The position numbers were made by a program, and so were the translations under genes. The notes below the pieces were generated by a model. That model had not been told where the DNA came from, searched no databases, and worked only from the letters and a program-made list of their open reading frames with translations. A stretch of DNA of 62,320 nucleotides, counting the filler, from Catajapyx aquilonaris (taxonomy: Eukaryota): the NCBI GenBank assembly GCA_000934665.2. It is 4 parts of 4 records of this genome, joined end to end, with 100 filler letters (N's around TTAATTAATTAA, not from the genome) between each part and the next. Parts side by side here need not be neighbours in the genome. Positions count along the whole stretch, not along the records: positions 31,286 to 46,755 come from JYFJ02007485.1; positions 46,856 to 62,320 come from JYFJ02007486.1; 2 more parts are not named here. One strand, 5' to 3'. The first letter of the stretch is position 1. Each line of letters starts with the position of its first letter. Positions 36,992-48,414 of this stretch are shown here, piece after piece.

Positions 36992-38349
36992 ATATGTAGT
37001 GACATGTAGTACAGTGCATGTGCCATGGTGAATGCAAATGTGCACTACAAACCCAACAGGGGAAAAAAAGCCACTAGACACTTAAAAGAAGCATTTTTGT
37101 CACCTAATTTGTTTTCCAAATACTGAAACAAAATTACTGACATCAGAGGAGCGTAAAATACTACTGGCTCCTGCATTCAGCTAAGTTGTATAAGCTCAAA
37201 ATGAAAATCTCATTCTAAATTATGAATACAGACACATACCTCAGAGATTTTTCCTTAGACAGAACGGTGATTATTAAGACCAACAAGCTTACATTTGCAT
37301 TGGTGAAAATGTCAGAAATGAAAATCCCGTGTCAAGTTGGCATTCCCGCGTGCACCAATTTGAGTTGGTTAGAAATGAACCAGTACGTCCTCCTATCCAC
37401 ACCTTATTCTACCCCTTACTCCCTTTCCTCTCTCTCTTTTCTCCCGCTCAGAGGGCCAACAGGACTTATGTGCTTATAATGGGTGAAATGTGAACACTGC
37501 CCACTAACAAATTCTGCAAGTAGGGGGAGAAGATGTTAGGTATTTACTATAATCTGACTGATGCAACTTGGGCCACAATCAAATCTAATTTTTTTCCCCC
37601 TGGTTTAAACTGGTTGGAATAAAAAGGCCACATCCAACACCTCTGCTGCATCGTTAACACTTAACTGGTTACCTGGGGTCTTTCAACACCCCAGGTGCAA
37701 TTTTTTTGTTATAAAATGTTTAATTGTAGTAAGGTATATGATTTTTTAAATTCCGTTCTATGGCAGCTAGAGAGTTGAAAATTAAACCAAATTGTAGAAA
37801 ACAGTTGCAGGTGTTGTGTAAAAAAATCAAAACGTAAATATTTATCATTAAATGCAATTTATATTTTAAAAATCCCCTGGGGTCTTTAAACACCACAGGT
37901 CACCGTGAGTGTTAGGATTTTCCAGGTCACTAGTTAAGGGTTAAATGTGCTCCATTGGTGAGGTTTCCACTTAATATTTTTAAACAGAAAGCCCATTTTA
38001 TTTTATACACGTGGTTTTAAACTGAAGCTAATTTATTTTATGCCACTGATTCCTGGTCAGTTTTTGTCAACAATCATGTATCACAGCTTGTAAAGTTTCA
38101 CGAACCTTTCATTAATGTCACAAACTACAAGCTTGTATTCCGTGGAAATCCAAAACTAACTGTGAAGTTTTTACAATATTGCAGGTATATTCAAAGTTTT
38201 CTCATGAGTAATGATTATGATCTGAAGCACAATCTGAAGTGTCTGTTAGTGCCTAAAATATAAACAAGTAGTAAAACCTGGAAGAAAAAGATTCATCAAA
38301 TGGAACTCCTAGATAATTTGGGACAATGAAGCAGGAATGTAAACGATGT

Positions 38350-38453
38350 ACTATATCGCCCAAAAAGATAGAGACAATTTTGCATTTGACTCAAGTGCAA
38401 CTTGCACTTGAATCAAATGCCAATCGTCTCTTATCTTTTTGAGCGATATAGTA
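38350..38453. repeat. Short palindromic MITE-like hairpin
   Basis: TACTATATCGC.CAAAAAGATA...TCAAGTGCAA-C-TTGCACTTGA...TATCTTTTTG.GCGATATAGTA. Confidence 0.75.
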
Positions 38454-39001
38454 CCAAGGTTATCCATTCAATATAAGCAAGGGATCTGGAAAAAAACCCT
38501 GAATGTTTCATAAAGTAGAATAACAAAAAAATTGCTGTAAAACAAGATGTAACACATTTTCTCAATTTGGTGCACTATTTTACTGCATGGCAATAATTGA
38601 CTTCTCAGGGTTAGCATTTTGATGGTCATAAGAAGTTCACCAAATGTAACTCTCACATTTTCTTCAAATTTGAAAATAAATAGTATACCCTCAGTGTGAA
38701 TAATAGTAAGTTATTTTTGCCCTTTGTATGAAGGTTTAAAACAGGGGTGGGAGGGGCCAGATTGCAATTTTCTTATCTTCACAAAATATGTTGACAATGA
38801 GTTTCTTGGCATTTTAAAGCAATCCTAAGAACAAATTTTAACTACTTTTTGATTTCTTTGCAAAATAGAATTGTGTAGAGCCAACATTCCTCAACCTGGG
38901 CCAAGTGATTACTGTCCCCCTTCAATATTATCATGGTCTTTTTCATTAATATTTTTTATGAGAGGATGTCCATGCAATATTGTGCCGATAGTATACATAT
39001 G

Positions 39002-39879
39002 TACCGTCCCACTCATAAAGAATGGTACGACTCTATGGATGACATGTTTATTCTGACTATCCAGCATTATTCCCAACCTGATTTCGTTGCGACACTACGG
39101 ACAACTTGTCCTAGATCTCTGGCGACCCTTATGACCCCCTCCTTACTTTTTCCGGAATTTTTTATTACCCAAATGTTCAACCTGGTACTATGGGCGCCAA
39201 AAGAATTGACCGGAGTTGATGGGTATATGGCGCTATATACCCATCAACTCCGGTCAATTCTTTTGGCGCCCATAGTACAATGGTTACATAGATTTGAGAT
39301 GAATTTCCCCCCTTAAATTTTCTTACAGTACTTTGCCTTGTTTTTTTCTTCTCTTTTTTTCATGATTTTAATTGCTTTTTCCCAGCCATCTTCATGACCC
39401 CTAAAAACATGCTGGTGACCCAGGGGTTGGGAACAGAATAAGCATTTTGTCTATAGAGTCGTACCATTCTTTATGAGCAGTACTGTACAGTACCATTGAT
39501 TCATAAAGAATGGTACGACCCTATATGGATGAATGCTTATCCTGTTCTCAAGGGCTGGGTCGCCAGCATGATTTTAGGGGTCATAAGGAAGTCCGGGAAA
39601 AGGCAATCAAAATAAAATAAAAAAATAGAAGAAAAAAAACAAAGCAAAGTAGGAAAATTTTAGGGGGGAAATTCATATCAAATCTACATAAGCATTGCAC
39701 CTGGTTGAACATTTTGGTAATTAAATTTTTTATTTCAAAACCAGGATGGATCATACCAGAGGTCCAGAAAAGGTTGTCCATAGAGGTTTGTCAAAATAAG
39801 GTTGGGAATAATGCTGGATAGTCAGGATATAAACATTTCGTCCATAGAGTCGTACCATTCTTTATGAATGAGACTGTAC
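39002..39879. mobile_element. Two adjacent, oppositely oriented copies of a TA-flanked MITE
   Basis: TIR motif TCATAAAGAATGGTACGACTCTAT occurs at ~39013, ~39452 (rc), ~39501 and ~39845 (rc). The bodies are reverse complements of each other. Confidence 0.75.
39185..39278. repeat. Perfect palindrome with 43-bp arms, nested in a MITE
   Basis: GTACTATGGGCGCCAAAAGAATTGACCGGAGTTGATGGGTATA, spacer TGGCGCTA, then the exact reverse complement. Confidence 0.9.
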
Positions 39880-40510
39880 AGTGTTGGACATATATCGAGG
39901 CATACTGCTAGCGACATTTTCCAAAGCGGCAGAAGAAGTAATCTTGCTCGCCCAGCTTGCAGTATCTATCTTCGATTCCTTCTTCTGTTGCTTCAGAAAA
40001 TGTCGCTAGCCACCAGTGCCTCGAATGCCTTGATTAATGTCCAACACTGTACTATCACAAGCTAAAATATGGAGATGGCTGGTTGCAGGTTTGATTTTCC
40101 AATTGGAAGACCAGCTGAGACAACTCAAGACATGAGGTACAATAACTGGTTTCCAGGTGGGGTACTGTATAATTGCGCCCTGCTATTGCATAGTTATCTC
40201 CCAGAAATGCAGGGATCCATATCCAGTTGTCTCTTATCTTTTGCTTGCAAAGTACAGTACATGTAGTTCGATTCTATTGCTAAACATGAGTCAAAAATGA
40301 CCCTTTCCCACCACTATACTCGATCCCACTCCCACACACCATTCTGTCCAACATATAAGAAAACCAAAATTTGACACAAAATTTGTACTCTTTTGATTGG
40401 TTCAAAATGTCAAGAAATGCATTTTTGACATATTTTGTGAACATCAAATTTTTAAAATTAGACTCCTCCTATCCTGTTTTAAAACTTAAAATACATTAAT
40501 TGGGCATGTA

Positions 40511-41268
40511 CAGGGTGGGGCAAAAGTCATGGGCGGGTTTAAACGACGCAGTATGGCGTAAGTAACGAACAATTATATATTTTTTAAAATTACACTACAC
40601 AGAGAAAGATATGCCATTTATGTATCAAGGTCCAAAAAAGTCACTTCTTGAAAACAATACCGGATAGATGTCCACCTTTGCGGGTAACACATATTCCTCC
40701 AAACGCCGGTGGACGAAACCCTTCATAACGCGCCCCAGCATGTCCAGGGGAATGTTTCTCACGGCGTGTCTTATCTGATCCTTAAGATCAGCCAATGACT
40801 GAGGATGTGTGGCGAACACCGAACAAATTAAAAGTCAAGTGTTTTCTGGGAGGGTCATTTCGAGATTTGGGGACATTCCTTGGCTGTCACCGCGTCACGG
40901 TCGCCGGATTTGACCACCCCCGACTTCTTCTTGTGGGCAGCTTGTGGGGCTACCTGAAGAGTTTGGTGTTCGCCACACGTCCTCAGTCATTGGCTGATCT
41001 TAAGGATCAGATAAGACATGCCGTGAGATACATTTCCATGGACATGCTGGAGCGCGTATGAAGGGTTTCGTCCGGCGTTTGGAGGAATACGTGTTGCCCG
41101 AAAAGGTGGACATCTATCCGGTGTTGTTTTCAAGAAGTGACTTTTTTGGACCTTGATCCATAAATTGCATATCTTTCTCTGTGTAGTGTAATATTTAAAA
41201 AATATAATCTTCCGTTACTTACGCCATGCTGCGTCGTTTAAACTCGCCCATACTTTTGCCCCACCCTG
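40511..41268. mobile_element. Foldback derivative of a Tc1/mariner-superfamily transposon with the transposase 3' end in both arms
   Basis: 40511-~40822 is the reverse complement of ~40964-41268. Termini CAGGGTGGGGCAAAAGT. Frameshifted remnant RSPDLTTPDFFLW/WGYLKSLVFATRPQSLADLKDQIRHAVR. Confidence 0.85.
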
Positions 41269-43202
41269 CATAATTTGTACTATTTTTATTCATTACTGAG
41301 TGTGGACTACAAACTACCAAGTCTGAAGAAAATCTTAAGAGCTGTATTTGGGAATGTCCATTGTTACGTCACATAACCATTCACTAACAATCAGGTGCCA
41401 TAGGCAAACACTCATTATTTTCCACATGAATAAAATGTCAGCAACTAGCCTAATTTTCAGTCATCATTAACTGGCAAAAGTGAGTCACTATCATTTAGGT
41501 TGCAAGGAAGTTTTTACCCACAATATTTCTTTCACTGACAGTGAGTTCGGAAATAACTCTATCAAGGTTAACATATTTTCACACCTACTTGGACCATTAC
41601 TTCAACATTTTATTTTCTTCACATCATTTCTCATTAGTGAGATATTCTCCTTCCGTTCAGGGTTCTATATAATATACAGGGTGTTCCAAGTATCAAGGGA
41701 GTTTTTCGTTACTGCTAATATTGTCCAAAGTAGTTATTTGTGTAGCTTGTTGTGCCCCAATCCAGGTGCCCATATATTATTCCCAGGTGGTCGAATATAG
41801 TTGCTATACAATGCCTATTCACAATGTATAATAGGGCACTTGGATGGAGGTGCAACAAGCTACAAAAATACAGCCATGATCAAAATTATTTCCTCCCACA
41901 TACTTTGAACACCCTCTATAAGAACAAAGTTATAAAGATAAAGCCACATAATCATAACTGGCTGACTTCAATTTAATTGGTGACATACTATATCACAGTT
42001 AGTTCTGTATTGCAATTGAGGGTCTGATTCATGAGCCATACTTTGGTGTTCTTCAGATCATTCAAGGTCAAGCCTTACAACCCTGCCTCATCAGTCACAA
42101 TAGGTGCAATAACAAGAGACTACTATTTATTACACATTAATCCTCTGACCTTCCTCCCAAGGAAGCAAAAGAAACTCCATTTTTTAAATTGCCAAATGAC
42201 TGTCCTCCATTCAAAACAAAAAAAGGTTGCTTTTATGCACATCCCAAGAGCTGAATCTGTCTGGATACATTCACATTGTCTTGGAAGTGCATCAGCGGTT
42301 ACGTGCTGTATCTTTTCAGATAACACATTACCCTTTTTAAAATTGTTTTTAGTTATATAACTATAATTTCATTTGGCATTCTTAGTCCCATTCACGATGT
42401 CACACCTCGCATCATCTGAGCAGCACGGCTGAACACAGTCGAGACAATCATAGCATTAAATAATTTTCCTGAAATATTAACTGCATAAAGCACATGAGCA
42501 TGCTGTCGATCCCCTGTACATCTTCTGAAGATAATTTAGAATGAAAAATGCTCTTCTAGATATCAAAAGGCAATGCATTATGTACTCTACTCAAATATCT
42601 TAATCCATGTGGGGCTAAAATGTTGCAAGCCTTATGGAGGTCCTTGATGAATATACAGCAGTTTCACTGACAAATTGCTAAAAGTTTCATAATTTTAAGC
42701 AACATAATGCAAGTGTCAAGTTACGACCTAATCCAGTCTTCTATGATTCAGGTTGATGTCATAAGATTCTTATGATGCAGTGGAAATGCTTCTGAAATGG
42801 ATAATTATGCTGTAAAGTTCCAGTTCCCCAGTGAATCTTCAACATGAAATCTTTATGACAAAATTGCTTTTATTGAAAAAAATGTTATGTTACACGAAAT
42901 AACTAACATAAATCTTATGACAAAATTGCTTTCATTTCAAAAATGTTATATGACAATATTGTCATCTTACAGAATTACACAAGGGCAGTCCCCAGCTGGT
43001 CGCTCTGCTGATGAAGCGAGTCAACTCGCCATCATTCTCCTCTCTAGATATAATTAACACACGTCCTCTCATTCATTCACACAATCTACTCTGATTCTCA
43101 CGTTCACCTCAGTACGGCAGTACCACTATGGTATCACCTATCATATGTTTATATTGACATGATTAGCAAGTAGGAAGCATTCACCTTTATAAATGCTAAC
43201 TT

Positions 43203-43370
<168 letters not shown>

Positions 43371-46300
43371 TCAGGATTCCCTGGAAAATACAATGGATTT
43401 AATGGCACAATGTCTGAATGTTGCCCTTGGTCTACAACATCCCATCAATGATGGGAATACCACACTATGTGTTGTTCTATCCAACTTATTGCATGTAGCA
43501 CAATCCTGATGGCAGAGGACCATTGCAGCATGCTGGCAGTAGACAAGCTGAGTGGTCTTGGACGAAGATCATGGAGGCAGTGAGGATAGTGGCCGTGTTG
43601 TAAGCTACACAACCAGCTAACCACACTGCCACCTCGACCTCGCCTTCCAAACCCAGGACTATTCTCACCAGACACTTCAAGCAACAACAACAAAAAATAA
43701 ATCTAACTGGAATTAAATACTGAAATATATAGAACGACTATGTGAAAATGTTGCGTCACTGAATGTTACATGGGCCATTTCAAAATTCTTGGCAACATGC
43801 TTCAGAAGCGACAGAGGTGAGCAACAAAACTTATTTGTACACACTCCCCCGTCTCCTTCCAAATCCTGTCACGAATCTTTCCTGCTCCCTCTAGTTACAG
43901 AACTTTTCAAAGCTGTTAAGTTAGTACAACGAGCAGCTCTTAGCTACGATAATAAGGTGCATTATTGTTCTCTGCATCCATTCTCCATGTACCCCATTGA
44001 GATTCTTCTTCCTCATGTCAGCAGACATTGTTCTTAAGTATGCTACTAGAAAAGTTATCATTTCTTCCTATCTGGAGACCAACTGGTGTATTAGACCAAG
44101 TTACTTGCTGCTCCACGCTCATTATAGTCGCATTCTCAAGTATGTTGCCAATAATTCCGAAACAGCCAATGTTACATAAATTATGCAGGAAGATCTCAAC
44201 TTAATTGCCAACAGCAGCATGTTCCCAAATTAATTAGAATCAACTGCTACCTTCTTTTTTTTTAAAAAAAAAAAATCCCTATCAGGGCAGTCTTTCGCAT
44301 CGTGAATGCACACTACTCCGTGCCTTCTCGCAAAAACTGTAATCAAATTATTGCATGCTCCAAAACCTCACCTTCACCTCCGAAAAGGCCGTGGGTGGCA
44401 AGGCTATAGCAAGCCGCCTTACCCAACTCCTCTGGCAGACTAACTAGGAGAACACGGCCTACACCTATACACGTCTAGTTTTCCGCATGACCTCCTCAGT
44501 TAATTGGTATTAAGTGCCTTGAGTTGCCCGGGGCTTGATTTGTATCTATACCGGACAACCTACGTCCTCATCAAGCATTTCCAAGATGCTCCTGACGTCA
44601 GAGCTCCTGGAAATTTCCGTGAAGCAGGTGGTACACACACAAACCCCACGTGACCCGCACCGCCCAGCAGATGTTTGGTCATGTGTGCGACCAACCTGTT
44701 ACGTGTCAACAGTGTCAAAAGGATCCGCCAAACCGGAAGCAGATCTGCCCCCGCGACTTTAACGACATTATCAAGGGCGCCGCCGAAGAATGGTCAAAAA
44801 AAAAAAGGTCAACCTGAAACAAGCCACCGCCAAGATCGTGAAATGTCACGCGGTTCCCCTTATGATCTGTCAACTGTTTACTTCCTCTGAGCCATATATT
44901 ATTAAACCTCCCTCCAGCATACTTCCCGCCATTGTCAACCACATGACATTCGATCTCGGACACCCGTTTCCTATATCCCAGCCTCCACACAATCACGATG
45001 AAAGCATTCCGAATCGATACCATTAGCTTTAAAAGCATTCTTCCTGAAATAGCAAAAATGTCCCTCCCACTGCGATTAATGGAAATTGCAACACCCCCCA
45101 GTCCAGAGCGAAATTGCTCGATTGAGCAACCCTCCCTTTGCAATACCTTTTAAAAAAAAAACCGAGAGTACAATAGCACCTCAGACGGCGAGACAAAGAG
45201 GCTGCGAAAGTGCGGAACGTGGGGAATTTTGACAGGTAGCCCAGCCGTGTGCGTCCTTGCGGTGCCCTCCAATTAGGCATTTTTTACACGTGACTCAAGC
45301 TTGTAGCGTAATCGTCCCTGCCAGGGGCTATTTCGGGGGGACAGGTCCTACTTCCCCCTCTTCTTTTCGCCCATCCCGTTTTGCCCTGTTTTCCTCCGCA
45401 AACAAAAAGAAAGGTAACTCCCAAACTGTCACCAGGCTGGCATCTGTCCATTTCATATGCACGGAACGGACGGAAACAAGGGTTCAAGTGGCACAAATAA
45501 GACAATCTATTGCGATATATCCAGTCTCATGTTTATTCCACTCACATAATTCCACGGTTTATTGGGATCAAATCAGTACACTTTTAGCGTATCATATACC
45601 ATGTTACAGGGGGTACCAAAAAAAGGCGACGACGAGCGACGACGAGACAACAACGTGGACCCCGCTGCTTCGATAGGAAAAGAGGCTTACATCTGTGCTG
45701 GAATGACGTACCAGACAATGCATTTACAGACTTTCGACCACGCACTTGTAAACGCACTTCTGGTACGCACCCTGGCCAGAACGCGCCAGTACACCGAATG
45801 GTGAGGAAAAGCGTCCCATCATTGTCCTCCAGTGGCGCCGATCCTCTAGCAAACAACTACTCACCATGCAGCAGGTTAGATATCTCCGAACTTGGACCCC
45901 CCCAAATATTAGTCACCCATGCAACTCTTATATACAAAAAAATTTCGCATGCAAAGATACAATTCTACAAGGTCGGAACTGGTCGAGCTGGCAAATTTCG
46001 CTTTCTTGTCCTGCGAATGTGCCACGTCGTATGCCCACTTTTACGCCTCAGGCCTTTCCATAACNGTGTACCCCCCCCCCCCCCCTTTCCCCTCCATCAT
46101 TCCCTCCCAAGTCCTGTCCTCGCACAAACAGGTTCCAACACACCCACTTCGCGAATATCCAAGCAACGACAGTACCCAAAAAGCATCGTACCTGTACAAA
46201 CAACACTCGTACACTGTACAAACAACACAGACACACACATCGCTCCCCCGGTCGGATTCCCTTCCCTCTTGCTCCACTTGGCAGGGAGGTCACTCGCCTC

Positions 46301-46755
46301 TTACCCAACCGCAATATTTTCCCATTCAGGCCCTAATTTTTCCAGGAGGGACGAAGAAGGGTCATTGTCCTTTCCAAGACGAGAAAAATCCTTTTTCCTC
46401 AGGTAGGAAAAATGGGGTGGCTGTGGAGACCGGTGGATGGCGAAAGCACCGGTACGGTGTGGCTCCTTCCTCCGCTTGGCACACAATGGTCGTCCTCCCG
46501 GCGACTTTGCCTCCACGTGTGAGGGGTCTAAATGCAGCCGCCTTTGCCCAGGCTCTCAGCTAATTTCGGGGTTGGAACCCGGATTCTTTTTTTTCTTCTT
46601 CTTCTTCTTGTCCCCCCCACCCCCCTTCCCAGGCCTACCCCTCCTAGTCTGAGGTCACGTTGCACTATTCGGGTACAAGTCACACATCGAGTCCTCCAAT
46701 GCTGCTGGTCCGGGCGAAAGTGAACAGGTCGACCCACTTGGCCACCTATACCCCC

Positions 46756-46855
46756 NNNNNNNNNNNNNNNNNNNNNNNNNNNNNNNNNNNNNNNNNNNNT
46801 TAATTAATTAANNNNNNNNNNNNNNNNNNNNNNNNNNNNNNNNNNNNNNNNNNNN
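46756..46855. other. Assembly gap with artificial TTAATTAATTAA linker
   Basis: N-run, linker, N-run. Confidence 0.97.
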
Positions 46856-47454
<599 letters not shown>

Positions 47455-48414
47455 CTCGATTCAAGACTCTAGGAGTAGAACCGAAGCAACGTACGGTAGC
47501 AAAGCGATAAGCAACGAGAAACGACATGATACTCATCCCACGTGTACCAGCCGGAGAATGGCGGAGATGAATACCTCAAGACTTTTTTTCCCAGTGATTG
47601 ATATGTTATTCGCTTAATTTGAAAAACGGTGAGGGGATTTCATATTGGAATTTAGATTGGTTTAAATTGCGGCGGTGGGACCAATTACCCCCCAATTAGT
47701 TTTGTTTTTATCTCGCAATTTTTTTTTTAGACACCATGTAATGGCGATTTTTATCTGTTATCTTTGTCTGTTCAGTTTATTCCCTTGGTTGGTTTGGCTC
47801 TTATGTAAGTCTATTTCGTATAATAAAAAAAAAGACCCTTTGAGTTCTAGATTAGCACAATTCTTGCCCATTGATGACCTCGTTTGCCCGCAGATTAGTC
47901 ACTTCCGCTACAGCCAACTGAAATAAAAAAATAGCAACCAACGCAATATGTGCAGATTGCAATTAGAATAAAAAAGCAGTTACATTCTCCAAAGATGGAT
48001 CCGTTGCGTACACAAAAATTAACATAAATTTACATGCCACAAAAATAACCTGCACTTTTGTTAACAATCTTACAAAAAAAAAATAATGGCAGCGATTTGG
48101 CATCTCTTTATATTTCGCCAAACGATAAACAATTTTGTGACGGAAGTTGACCATTTGGCATGAAAATATTTTATGCTTGCCCAAACGATGATGGACATCT
48201 AAGTCCTCAATGACTACAACTGCGAAACATGGTTGGTACTGCAGATGTCGTAAAGATATGGGCACTCGTGCAGGGAGGAAAATTGAATTGAATTGACTAA
48301 TAATCGACACAAATCGTTCCATATTCCCCCCGGAGCCGCCTTGCCACATGTGCACACCATACACCTTGACCGTGGTGCACACCCTTCTCAACACTACTCC
48401 CGGTGGTACAAGAC

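Noticed and set aside
45798..46563. 202-aa and 214-aa + strand ORFs
   Set aside because: Low complexity, cross an N and C-homopolymers, and show no recognisable motifs.
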